This document shows positions 17,541 through 27,983 of a stretch of DNA of 43,060 nt, in pieces. The translations under genes were made by a program, and so were the position numbers. Numbering within the stretch: position 1 is the stretch's first letter; every line of letters starts with the position of its first letter. This DNA comes from a virus (taxonomy: Duplodnaviria > Caudoviricetes). The stretch is from positions 1-43,060 of IMG/VR virus record IMGVR_UViG_3300027798_000079; one strand, given 5' to 3'. The notes beneath the pieces are model-generated. The model saw nothing but the letters and a program-made list of their open reading frames with translations. It had not been told where the DNA came from and did no database searches.

Positions 17541-20500
17541 TTAATCAGCCAGAATTAGAAGCCATTGATTCGTCAATGACTTCTCCACCAAAAGATGTCT
17601 TGAGTTACTCCGTGTCTCAAAACCCAGTTGCAAGTGAACTTGATGGAGATTCAATTGACAGTTCAATACAAAATGCGCTAACAGAAACCGCGTCAAATCA
17701 AAGCAAGAAGACACCAATTTCAATTCCAGTTCAAGAGTTAACTCCAATTGAAAAGGCTGTAAATGAATACGCCAAAATAAATAACGCAAGAAACAAGACG
17801 GCTTTAAATCAATCCCTTGTTTCTGCTTCTGCCAAAGATCCAGATACGGCTGCAAAGTCTCAGGCTCTTGCTACAAGTTTGAATGTTTCTACTGGGGTTG
17901 TTGACTTTGACATTGAACTTGCAAAGAGACAAAGGCTTTTGAGACAAGCGGAGGCAATGAAACTTGCCGAAAAATATCCGTCACTAGCAAGAAGTTTTTT
18001 AAATCAAGACTTTGCCGCAATTGCACATGATGACATTGACAATCTTGCAAAGACTTCAGACATATCAAGAAGGCTTATAGCAACAGAGAAATCGCCATCT
18101 GATTCGCTTCCATTAGAATTTGATCCAATAAGGACGGCAAATTATTATGCAACCAATACATTGGAAGGATTTAAATCTGATTGGGAACGAGGTTACAAGT
18201 CTGGCGACATAACTGACAGATCATCAAAGTTAGGATATTCAGCATTCACAGCGCCAGGTTCTGAATCAAGAGATGCATATATTTTTCAGGCTGAAAATCT
18301 AAAAAGCAAAACAGAAGAATATCTTGGAACTTGGACTGAAAGTCTTGCAGAACTTGCGGGGCAAATGGCACCAATGACCGTAGAAGCCGCAGCAACTGGC
18401 GTTGTTGCTTCGGGCGGAGCCGCGCTTGTTGCTTCTATTTTCCCTCCTGCTGAACTCCCTCTTGTCCCTGGCGCTTTTGCGGCTGGATTTGCTGGGTCAA
18501 TGAGTTATCAATCTTATGAAATTGAAACTGGCGCTTCTTATCTTGACCTAAGAAAAGGAGATGAAGATTACGAGCCAATGTCGCATGAAGAGGCTGCGGC
18601 TATAGCGCCAACCGTTGGGTTAATAAATGCTGTTTTAGAAACTGCTTCTAACTTTTTCTTTTTTATTCCAGGAGCCAAACTTGCAAATTATGCATTAAAA
18701 AAGACAGTGAAAGAAACGGTGTCTAAAAGCCTCAGAAAGGCAACCGTTGGGAAACTCGCAAGGTCTGCTGCAATCCGTGTTTTAAAAACTGGATCACTTG
18801 AAACAGTAACGGAAGTCCTACAAACAATTGTGCCAAAGATAGTGCGTGAAGCCAATGTTCCTGAAGGTCGTGTGTCTGCATTTGATACTGAAGAAGGCAG
18901 AAAAAGATTTGCAGATGAAATTGCTGTAACTATTGAAAAAACTTTTAAAGGTGCTTTTTTACTTGGTCTTATTCCTGGCGGTGCTAAATTTATTCACGAA
19001 AGATCAATTCTTAATGAATCAATTCTGCAACAAAATGAAATTACAAATTTTATTAATATCGCAAAAGAATCAAAAGTAAATAAACGAAGCAAGATTACAT
19101 ACGCCTCTTATCTTGCTCAACTACTTTCTGGCGAATCTATACACATAGGTGTAGAGCAATTTGAACAGATAAGAAAAAAGAGCGAAGTAAGCCTTGAGGA
19201 ACTTGAAAAGATAATCCCTGGAATTACCAAACAGGTCGCAGATGCAAAGGCTTCTAGCAGTGATATTGTAATTCCAACATCTTTGTATTTGTCAGAACTT
19301 ATTGATACTGAATTCGGCGTTTTGATTCGCAACGATATCCGCGCAAATGCAAAAGGAAAAAGCATTAATGACATTGCTGAAGATGAAATCAGTAAAAAAG
19401 AGTTTCAAAAAGAATTAAAGCAAGAAATCGAAGACTTCAAGAAAACAAATAAGGACTGGGCAGAAAGTGCTGGGAACATTGAAGAAGAGGTGTTTGCAAA
19501 AATTAAGGCTGCTGGTAATTACACAGAAGAAGAAGCCCGTATGCTTGCCCAATGGCATCGAGATACTGCGGTAGTTCTTGCGTCAAGATTTGGAATGACA
19601 CCAGAAGAATTTAACGCAAAGTTTGGGCTGTCAATTGAAAGTGCATATACGCCAGAGCAACAGGCTCCAGCGCAAGGATCGTTTGAGCAAGCATCACGCG
19701 CAGACCTAGGGCTTGGACAACAGGCTGTTCCTGCTCCTGACAGCGGAACATTCGACGCAAACAACCCACCAGTTTCAAGCGAGGCAATCTTTGCGCTGAT
19801 GGATGCAGATGGAAAAATCTACTACGACATCAATGCAACGATGCACGGCGATCTTGTCGAAACATTTCCTGACATAACGGATACGGTCATTGACGGCGGA
19901 TTCATTGTCAATGGCAAGTACATGATGGGCAAATCTGATGGTGGCTATTCAGCATTCGAGGGTGAACAAAAGCAAATTGACGCAGTTCGTAATTTTACGG
20001 AACAGGCGAACACTACAACCGATCCGAACATGTTAAGGCAGGAGTTAATAGAAGTAAATCACAAACGAGAAAAAACAACTGGTCGATATGTTGGTGCGCC
20101 AGATTGGATTGGTGGCGACACCAAGAAATTAAATGTATTAAGAAAGAAACTTAAAGCACTTACGCTTGAAGGCGAACGCGGTCGAATGTGGTACGAAAAT
20201 TCAAGCAAAGCAATTCTTGAAATTACTGGTGGTGACATTGCAGAAGCAGAAAAAATAGTTTCTCTTATTGCAATTTATTCCCCGAACGCAACAGTTCCCG
20301 CAAACACCTCAATGGCTTTAACGGCGTACTATCAATGGAAGGCTGGTCACAAAATCAAAGCAGGATTTTCTGCCTCCGACAAGAAAGCAGAAGAACTTCT
20401 TCGAAACAATAAACCGTGGAGTGGAATTAAAACCAACTCGTTTTATCAAAACTTGATGGTTGAAATTGATCCTTCACGACTTGATACTGGCGTTGCCACA

Positions 20501-23500
20501 ATGGATATGTGGATGGCTATTGCGTTTGATTATGGCGACAAGGCATTAGATCAAGGACCTAAGTACAAATTTAGCGAACGAGAAATGCAACGCCTTGCAT
20601 CCGAACTTGGTTGGAAACCACATCAAGTCCAGGCTGCTATTTGGACAGCAATGAAAGGTCGAGTAGATGCAATACGAGGCGAACTAAAAAAGCAAGAATT
20701 AAAACTTGGAATTGGAAGACTTGTAACCAAAACAGATCCAATAACAGGCAAGGAAAGCGAAATATACGAAGTCATTCCAGATAAAAAATATGAACATTTT
20801 AAACTTGCACACAAGATTGCAATGGAATACACGCTGACTCCAGAAGATATTAACGCAAGCAAGTATGACTTTAGCGATGCAATACGCGAACGCACAGTTC
20901 AAATGTCATGGGAGGCTACGCCAAGCACATCGACGGGAAGATCATTGCCTGGAATTCATGGCGCTTCACTTAAACAAAAGTTTGAATATTTACAAGCCAT
21001 TCAAGATGTTCTTACTGAAAACGGTCGAGATGTTATTGCTGATCTTGCAGGTCTTCCGCAAGGCACAACTGCCAATGGTTTCAGCGCATGGCTTGGCGAC
21101 ATTGGCGCTGGCGCTCAAACATTTGTTCCAGTTCCATCAAGTGGGTTTGGGAAAACTAGAGCAATAAAACCATCCGCAGTTGAGATTCTTGATTTGGCAT
21201 CTGCCATTCGTGGCTATGTGCTAGAGCAAGATGCAATTGTGTATCACACTCCTGTGTGGGATGACGCAAAAATGCGTCAAAATGGATTGCAATTATCTGC
21301 TTCTCGACCACTCACAAAAGAAGAAATGCAGACTATGTATTCTGCAATACATCAAAAGTTTGGCACATGGGATCTTGCTCCTGGCTATCGTCCAGACGGC
21401 GCAAGAATTATTAACTTTACATCCATTCCAAATTCTGAATTTCAGAAGGGAATGATTGAAATTATTGAGGCGTTGCCAAAATTGTTTGGTGGCGGTACAA
21501 TTGAAATCGAAACTTTTAGATCAGACGGAAACTACATATCTAATGATTGGACAAAGGACACAAATGGCGAAGGTTATCTTAAAAGAATCAAATCCAAACA
21601 GCCCGATATACAACAGCGGGTCGCAGATCTTCGTTCCCGTGTCGAAGCCGTCAACCGAAAGTTTGAAGCCAAGTATGGATGGGACAAACCAGCCTCAGGA
21701 CTCCTTGAACAGTCCGCTCAAAACAAACCAGCAAGAGGATTCTTCAATCCAAAGCAACTGAAGGCAATGCTTGGTAGTAAGTCTGACATTACTACATTCT
21801 TTCACGAACTAGCACATTACTACTTGACCGTATATTCTAGAGTTGCTTCTGATCCACAATCTCCATCTCAAATCAGAGAGGATATGGACATAATACTTTC
21901 TTGGTTTGGAATTGCTGGTGAGACTCCAGAGCAAAGACTTGCGACTTGGAACGCAATGACTTTGGAAGAACAAAGACCGCATCACGAAGCGTTTGCATAC
22001 AACAAAGAAATATATGTTTCAGAAGGCAAATCACCAAGCATTGAAATGCAGGGTGTGTTTGAACGATTCAGTCAATTCGTCAAGAGAATCTACATTTCAA
22101 TTCGCGACGACCTGAACGCCATATACAAGCAGGAATTCGGGACAGATCTTCCAATGATGACTGGAGATATTCGCAGGGTCATGGACAGGATGATTGCAAC
22201 CGACGAGCAAATTCGTTCTGCCGAAGAGCGAAGAAATATGGAGGACACTTTCAGGGATCAAGAATTATCTGGAATGGATGATGCTCAATGGGCTTCATAC
22301 CAGCAGATGAGAGCGGAAGCCACACAGAAATCAGTGTCGGAATTGAACGAGCAAAGTCTTGCTGCGACAACATGGGCTTCAAGACTGAAGGCAAATAAGG
22401 TCAAGGAAATACAAGCCGAGCAAGAAGAACTCCGCAGTGAAATTCGCAAGCAGGTCAAGAAGGAAGTTGAGTCTCGAAATGTGTATCGAGCAATCAAGTT
22501 TCTCAAGTATGGAATTTTGCAGACGGCTGGAGGCGAAGAAGTTGAATTTACTGGTTCAAATAAATTGAACACGAATGCAGTCAAACTTATGGTTCCAAAG
22601 GAAAACATGGATAAGTTTGGATCTGGCAAGAATGGAATGGTTGCCCTTGATGGATACCACCCAGACATTGTTTCAGAAAGATTCAACTATTCATCTGGCG
22701 ACGAACTTATCCTTGCAATTCTTGACGCAAAGCCAATGGATGAGGTCATTGATGGAATCACTGAAGACCGTATGGAAATCGAAAACGGGGAACTCAATTC
22801 TCCACAGGCTATCGAAGCGGCGGCTGACAAGGCAGTCCATAACGAGGCAAGAGTTAAACTCGTTGCCGTCGAACTGCGGTGGCTGAGCAAAGCAACCCAG
22901 CCAGTTCGTGCAATGATTGCAGCGGCAAAGTCTGTCGCAAAGCAGATGCTTGAGACCAAGAGGCTTCGAGACATCAAGCCAGGAGATTACGCATCCGCAG
23001 CGGCAAGGGCTGCCAAAGAATCGCAGACTGCATATTTTGCCACCCAAAGCGCAGAGACGGCAGCCAAGACCGCTTACACGCGTCACTACAACAAGATGAT
23101 CGCTGAGGGGGCTGAAGAGGCAAAAGCCGTTGAGATGGCAACCAAGGTCTCTGATGAGGCACTGGCAAAGGCAGAGTCTCGGTCAGAGGCACACAAGAAG
23201 AAGTACGGCAAGATGAAGCCGAGCGAGGTTGCAGCACAGGCAAAGCGTTCCCAACTCCTACAGGAGCAGTTGGCGCTAGAGGCGAACGATGCACTTGACC
23301 AAGTTAAGAAGTCGCTCAAGTACTTGAGGAATGTCCTCAGCGACAAGAATGTGCAGAAGATTGGCGCAGACAATTCAGATCAGATTGCTCTTCTTTTAGA
23401 ACGATTTGAGTTGAAGAACATTTCATTGAAAGAAATGGATAAGCGGACTTCCCTTGCAGATTGGATTGCAGGTCAATTGGAACTGGGTCTTGAAGTTGAC

Positions 23501-25687
23501 ATCTCTAAAGAACTCGTTGATCAAGCAAATAAAATCTCTTATCGAAATATGACGCTAAGTCAATTTAATGATTTGGTCGATGCGGTCAAGACAATCGAGT
23601 ACATGGGCAAGAATGAAAACGCAATCCTTACTGCCGCAAAGAAGGCTGCGTTTAAAGAGACAAGAGACGAGATAGTTAAAAGCATTGTTGAAAACGCTGG
23701 CGACAGAAAGGCAAGTACACGAACAGCCAAATCAGGAACAATTGACGCAGTTATTTATCCGATAAAAAGATTTATTGCTGCCCAATTTAAGGCTGCATCT
23801 GTTGTAAGAATTTTGGATGGAGGGAAAGATGATGGACCTCTATGGAATTATTTGATTCGATCTGCAAACAAAAGCGGCGACAAAGAAACAACTATGAGGG
23901 CAACTGCTACGGAAGCAGTATCAAAAATCCTTGCGCCATTTTTTAAATCTGGAAGAATGGGTGGAAAAGGAAAGATGTTTAACTCTGTAAATGAAAGCCT
24001 GAACAGAGAAGAAAAACTTGTCATTGCATTAAATATGGGTAATGAAGGAAATATCCAAAGAATGCTTGATGGATATGGATGGACTATTGAACAGGTCATT
24101 CCGATTTTGGAATCAATGACAGCGGAAGAATTGAACGCTGTGCAAGAAATTTGGGATCACTTTGAAACATACAAGAATGAAATTTCAGCCATGTCAAGAA
24201 AGTTTTTTGGCAAGGATCTTGACTTTGTTGAGCCAACTCCAATTCAAATAAAGTCTGCGAGTGGTGAGGTTGTAAGTTTGAGGGGTGGCTATTACCCAGC
24301 AAAATATGATCCAATTGCAAGTTCTAAGGCACAAAAATTAGAAGAGGCAGAAATTGCGAAACAACCACTAAAAGCAGCGTATGTCAGCGCAACAACAAGT
24401 CGCGGATACTCAAAGCAACGAGCAGCAAAAGTAGTTGGTCAACCACTTATTAGAAATCTTTCTGCGCTTTACTCTGGACTCAATGAAGTTATTCACGATC
24501 TGTCGTGGCGTGAATGGACAATTGATGCCAATAAACTTATGCGTGACAATGCATTCGACAAAGAAATCAGGAATAGATATGGTTCGATTTTTACGGATCA
24601 ATTGAAATCGTGGATTCAAGATGTTGCCGCTGGTGACAAAGCGATGGACACAGGTATGGATATCCCATTAAATTTCTTGCGACAAGGAATTAGTTCGGCT
24701 GGACTTGGATTTAATCTTCAAAGTGCAGTACTTCAGATTACGGGGTTTAATCAAAGTATTGTTCGAGTTGGTCCAAAATATATTGGTTATGGGATTATGC
24801 AGGTAATGAAACGCGGAACAGGTGCTTTTCGAGAAGTCAACGAACTTTCTGATTTTATGGCAAACAGGTCGAGGACTCAATTTCGAGAGTTAAATGAACT
24901 CAGGAATCGAATTCAGGGTCAAAGCGCAGTAATGAAAAAAGTAAGAATGGGAACATACTTTTTGATGATGAAAATGCAGAGAAATGTAGATGTTCCAACA
25001 TGGATTGGTGCCTACACAAAGCAACTTGAAATAAATCCAGATGAACAACTAGCAATAGATATTGCAGATCAAACTGTTATTGATACGCAGGGTTCTGGTA
25101 TGATTAAAGACCTTTCTGGTGTTGAACGAGGTGGCGCTGGAGCGAAATTATTTACGGTGTTTTATGGATACATGAACACCGTGTACAACATGGCTGCTGT
25201 TGAAACAATGACAGAAAATAAAAGGGGCAAATTGGCGGCTAAGTATGTAATGCTTTTTGTTGTCCCAGTTGTTTTGGGTTATGCAATTAAGAGACTTCTC
25301 AGACCAGGCAAAGATGACGACGATGAATTTGATTTAGAGCAAATAGCAAAAGATCTTTCAATTCAGCAGATTGAATATCTGATGGGAACAATTGTTGTCG
25401 CAAGAGAATTCTCGCAAATTTCAAAAGCAATAATTGATCCTTCAGCGCCAAGTATGGAATACAGCGGACCTGCTGGACTTAGAACAATTGGAGATACATA
25501 CACGGCTGCAACGCAGTTTGGTCAAGGCGAATTTGATAGTGCATTTAGAAAAAGCGCAATCAATCTTATTGGAGATATAAGTGGTCTTCCATCGGCTCAG
25601 GTCAACAAAACAATTGATGGGATCGAAGCATTGATGGAAGACGAAACAACTGACATACGAGCGCCATTGTTTGGTGTCAGAAAATGA
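17537..25687 (+). CDS. Giant internal virion/ejectosome polyvalent protein (2716 aa) with glycosylase-like and HExxH domains
   Basis: Position in the module; TFFHELAHYYL zincin motif (~21800); WYE...IAIYSPN...KTNSFYQNL...TMDMW...QVQAAIW domain; LRGGYYP. Confidence 0.8.
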   Translation: MINQPELEAIDSSMTSPPKDVLSYSVSQNPVASELDGDSIDSSIQNALTETASNQSKKTPISIPVQELTPIEKAVNEYAKINNARNKTALNQSLVSASAKDPDTAAKSQALATSLNVSTGVVDFDIELAKRQRLLRQAEAMKLAEKYPSLARSFLNQDFAAIAHDDIDNLAKTSDISRRLIATEKSPSDSLPLEFDPIRTANYYATNTLEGFKSDWERGYKSGDITDRSSKLGYSAFTAPGSESRDAYIFQAENLKSKTEEYLGTWTESLAELAGQMAPMTVEAAATGVVASGGAALVASIFPPAELPLVPGAFAAGFAGSMSYQSYEIETGASYLDLRKGDEDYEPMSHEEAAAIAPTVGLINAVLETASNFFFFIPGAKLANYALKKTVKETVSKSLRKATVGKLARSAAIRVLKTGSLETVTEVLQTIVPKIVREANVPEGRVSAFDTEEGRKRFADEIAVTIEKTFKGAFLLGLIPGGAKFIHERSILNESILQQNEITNFINIAKESKVNKRSKITYASYLAQLLSGESIHIGVEQFEQIRKKSEVSLEELEKIIPGITKQVADAKASSSDIVIPTSLYLSELIDTEFGVLIRNDIRANAKGKSINDIAEDEISKKEFQKELKQEIEDFKKTNKDWAESAGNIEEEVFAKIKAAGNYTEEEARMLAQWHRDTAVVLASRFGMTPEEFNAKFGLSIESAYTPEQQAPAQGSFEQASRADLGLGQQAVPAPDSGTFDANNPPVSSEAIFALMDADGKIYYDINATMHGDLVETFPDITDTVIDGGFIVNGKYMMGKSDGGYSAFEGEQKQIDAVRNFTEQANTTTDPNMLRQELIEVNHKREKTTGRYVGAPDWIGGDTKKLNVLRKKLKALTLEGERGRMWYENSSKAILEITGGDIAEAEKIVSLIAIYSPNATVPANTSMALTAYYQWKAGHKIKAGFSASDKKAEELLRNNKPWSGIKTNSFYQNLMVEIDPSRLDTGVATMDMWMAIAFDYGDKALDQGPKYKFSEREMQRLASELGWKPHQVQAAIWTAMKGRVDAIRGELKKQELKLGIGRLVTKTDPITGKESEIYEVIPDKKYEHFKLAHKIAMEYTLTPEDINASKYDFSDAIRERTVQMSWEATPSTSTGRSLPGIHGASLKQKFEYLQAIQDVLTENGRDVIADLAGLPQGTTANGFSAWLGDIGAGAQTFVPVPSSGFGKTRAIKPSAVEILDLASAIRGYVLEQDAIVYHTPVWDDAKMRQNGLQLSASRPLTKEEMQTMYSAIHQKFGTWDLAPGYRPDGARIINFTSIPNSEFQKGMIEIIEALPKLFGGGTIEIETFRSDGNYISNDWTKDTNGEGYLKRIKSKQPDIQQRVADLRSRVEAVNRKFEAKYGWDKPASGLLEQSAQNKPARGFFNPKQLKAMLGSKSDITTFFHELAHYYLTVYSRVASDPQSPSQIREDMDIILSWFGIAGETPEQRLATWNAMTLEEQRPHHEAFAYNKEIYVSEGKSPSIEMQGVFERFSQFVKRIYISIRDDLNAIYKQEFGTDLPMMTGDIRRVMDRMIATDEQIRSAEERRNMEDTFRDQELSGMDDAQWASYQQMRAEATQKSVSELNEQSLAATTWASRLKANKVKEIQAEQEELRSEIRKQVKKEVESRNVYRAIKFLKYGILQTAGGEEVEFTGSNKLNTNAVKLMVPKENMDKFGSGKNGMVALDGYHPDIVSERFNYSSGDELILAILDAKPMDEVIDGITEDRMEIENGELNSPQAIEAAADKAVHNEARVKLVAVELRWLSKATQPVRAMIAAAKSVAKQMLETKRLRDIKPGDYASAAARAAKESQTAYFATQSAETAAKTAYTRHYNKMIAEGAEEAKAVEMATKVSDEALAKAESRSEAHKKKYGKMKPSEVAAQAKRSQLLQEQLALEANDALDQVKKSLKYLRNVLSDKNVQKIGADNSDQIALLLERFELKNISLKEMDKRTSLADWIAGQLELGLEVDISKELVDQANKISYRNMTLSQFNDLVDAVKTIEYMGKNENAILTAAKKAAFKETRDEIVKSIVENAGDRKASTRTAKSGTIDAVIYPIKRFIAAQFKAASVVRILDGGKDDGPLWNYLIRSANKSGDKETTMRATATEAVSKILAPFFKSGRMGGKGKMFNSVNESLNREEKLVIALNMGNEGNIQRMLDGYGWTIEQVIPILESMTAEELNAVQEIWDHFETYKNEISAMSRKFFGKDLDFVEPTPIQIKSASGEVVSLRGGYYPAKYDPIASSKAQKLEEAEIAKQPLKAAYVSATTSRGYSKQRAAKVVGQPLIRNLSALYSGLNEVIHDLSWREWTIDANKLMRDNAFDKEIRNRYGSIFTDQLKSWIQDVAAGDKAMDTGMDIPLNFLRQGISSAGLGFNLQSAVLQITGFNQSIVRVGPKYIGYGIMQVMKRGTGAFREVNELSDFMANRSRTQFRELNELRNRIQGQSAVMKKVRMGTYFLMMKMQRNVDVPTWIGAYTKQLEINPDEQLAIDIADQTVIDTQGSGMIKDLSGVERGGAGAKLFTVFYGYMNTVYNMAAVETMTENKRGKLAAKYVMLFVVPVVLGYAIKRLLRPGKDDDDEFDLEQIAKDLSIQQIEYLMGTIVVAREFSQISKAIIDPSAPSMEYSGPAGLRTIGDTYTAATQFGQGEFDSAFRKSAINLIGDISGLPSAQVNKTIDGIEALMEDETTDIRAPLFGVRK

Positions 25688-25691
25688 TACA

Positions 25692-25723
25692 GGTACCCAT
25701 ATTCTTTTCGAAGATTCTAAATT
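25692..25723 (+). promoter_or_regulatory. Phage late-promoter motif, copy 3
   Basis: GGTACCCAT-N17-TAAATT upstream of the tailspike genes. Confidence 0.7.
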
Positions 25724-25740
25724 CAAACTAGAGGACACAT

Positions 25741-27969
25741 ATGACTATTTCTAGCACAGTACGAATTGCGGGACCGTTCACAGGCAATGGCGTGACGACC
25801 ACATTTCCTTTTTCATACAAGGTTTTTAGCACGGCTGATGTGCAAGTCATTCGGTTGACCATTTCGACTGGTATTGAGACGACTCTGACCATTGTTACCG
25901 ATTACACCATCACCCTAAATGGCGATCAGGACAGCAATCCTGGCGGCAATATTGTGATGGTCACACCGCTGCTTGCCCTGTACAAACTGACTGCCACCAG
26001 CGACATTGCCAACCTCCAGCCAACCGATCTGACCAACCAAGGTGGCTTCTACCCTGAGGTCATTACAGACGCTTTGGATCGAGCCACAATTCAGATCCAG
26101 CAGATTTCAGACATTGGTGATCGCACACTTAAGATCCCAATCAGCGATGGCGCGTTGAACATGGAGTTGCCAACGGCTGCGTCTAGGGCGAACTCGTTCC
26201 TAGCCTTTGGCGCAACAGGCTTGCCAACCGTAGTAACGGCTGGTTCGAGCGGTGCGCCTACGACAATGACCCGCCAGAACTTTTCTGGTACTGGTTCGCA
26301 GGTGGCGTTTACTTTGGCAAGCGACCCAGGTGCGCTTGGCAATAGTGCTGAGGTGTTCATTGGTGGCGTGTACCAAAACAGGACTACCTACACGATCAGC
26401 GGCACGACCTTGACCTTTAGCGCAGCCCCAGTCCTTGGCACTGACAACATCGAGTTTGTCAATTTCTTGACTGACCAGATTGGTTCGACTAGCGCGGACT
26501 TGGTCACATACACGCCAGCGGGTACAGGCGCGGTCGCAAGAAGCGCACAGGCAAAGATGCGTGATACCGTAAGCGTTAAGGACTTTGGTGCGGTGGGTGA
26601 TGGCGTGGCTGACGACACGGCTGCAATTCAAGCGGCAATAACGGCAACAAATCCGACAAGTGGAGGCGGTGTTTACTTGCCAAGCGGAACGTACAAGGTT
26701 ACCTCAACTATCAATGTTGCCAATCAACGCGTGACCATTTGTGGCGATGGCGTGTCAACAAACATCTTGTTCGTTCCAACATCTGATGATGTGTGCTTTA
26801 ACTTTGATGCAGGTTCTGTACTGCTTGTGCAATGTGCAATGCAAGACATGTGTTTCTATTCGACAGACACAACGTACGCAAAGACGGCAATCTTGTTGGT
26901 AGACATTAGTTCGTGTGTGTTTGCCAATATTCAAACCAAATCACCACACTGGCATGGCGGCACAGGCGGTTCAACATTCTTGTACATACGCGGTCGCGAC
27001 ACTACCACGATCAGCAACCTTAACGTCTTTGCAGACAAGCCAATCCGTATAGGAACAATCCCAGCACCGCACACAGCGGCTGGCATTGGATGCGACCATT
27101 TCAATATTAGCAATTGCTATCTTGGAAACATTGTTTCCGCGTATCCAATTGTCACTATTGACACTGGTGTAAATGTTACTAATGTAACGATTGACGGATA
27201 TCAAGGGTGGGTTGGTGGGACGTACGGCTTGTATTGGGATGACACCACTGCGGTGCAAGCATCATCGTCGTTGTCAATTAGCAATGTTCGTTGGGAACAA
27301 GAAAGTGGAACTACTGGTTGGATGGTGTACATCAGTAGGACTCAGCAGTTACAACAATTACGACTTATGAATATGTACGGTGGTTTGACCACAAACGGCA
27401 TATCTATACAGAACTGCTTTGATTTCACAATTGACCAAGTGTTTTATGTTGGAACACAAACTGGGCTGAACATTGATTCGACTTGCAGTCGCGGTGTAAT
27501 TGAGTATGTAATCAATAATTCGTCTGCGTTGTTTACTAATTCAGGAACGTCAATACAAGGTGCAATTCGACGAGGGTCAAATACCTTTTCGTTTATGCCA
27601 GGCAACAAGCCAGGCGGAACAGTTGAGCAAATTTGGAATCCAAGCAAGACCCTTGGGTTTAGTCAAACTCAACCAAAGGCAATTGTGCTTGCTCCGTCAA
27701 CCATCATTAATTTTGGCACCAACGCTGCTTCTGGAATTCTGTTGTTGCACATTAACGGCGGCACATCATCAGTCATGGCGGTCAATGGCACTGCTAATTC
27801 TACAAGAATGCTTGTCCAATCAGATGTTGGTTGGTTTGGTATAGCAGCGGCTGCTGCAAATATCAACATCTATTGGGATGGCGGCACGTCGATGTACAAG
27901 ATTCAAAACAACACCTTAAATTCCTATACGTTGTATATAACCATGATGGGCAAATCAGAATCCGTTTAA
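25741..27969 (+). CDS. Tailspike/tail fibre 1: T7-like anchor plus beta-helix (pectate lyase 3-like) domain
   Basis: GNGVTTTFPFSYKVF...DALDRATIQIQQ anchor; VSVKDFGAVGDGVADDTAAIQAA...VYLPSGTY. Confidence 0.88.
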   Translation: MTISSTVRIAGPFTGNGVTTTFPFSYKVFSTADVQVIRLTISTGIETTLTIVTDYTITLNGDQDSNPGGNIVMVTPLLALYKLTATSDIANLQPTDLTNQGGFYPEVITDALDRATIQIQQISDIGDRTLKIPISDGALNMELPTAASRANSFLAFGATGLPTVVTAGSSGAPTTMTRQNFSGTGSQVAFTLASDPGALGNSAEVFIGGVYQNRTTYTISGTTLTFSAAPVLGTDNIEFVNFLTDQIGSTSADLVTYTPAGTGAVARSAQAKMRDTVSVKDFGAVGDGVADDTAAIQAAITATNPTSGGGVYLPSGTYKVTSTINVANQRVTICGDGVSTNILFVPTSDDVCFNFDAGSVLLVQCAMQDMCFYSTDTTYAKTAILLVDISSCVFANIQTKSPHWHGGTGGSTFLYIRGRDTTTISNLNVFADKPIRIGTIPAPHTAAGIGCDHFNISNCYLGNIVSAYPIVTIDTGVNVTNVTIDGYQGWVGGTYGLYWDDTTAVQASSSLSISNVRWEQESGTTGWMVYISRTQQLQQLRLMNMYGGLTTNGISIQNCFDFTIDQVFYVGTQTGLNIDSTCSRGVIEYVINNSSALFTNSGTSIQGAIRRGSNTFSFMPGNKPGGTVEQIWNPSKTLGFSQTQPKAIVLAPSTIINFGTNAASGILLLHINGGTSSVMAVNGTANSTRMLVQSDVGWFGIAAAAANINIYWDGGTSMYKIQNNTLNSYTLYITMMGKSESV

Positions 27970-27983
27970 AGGAAACCACAAAT

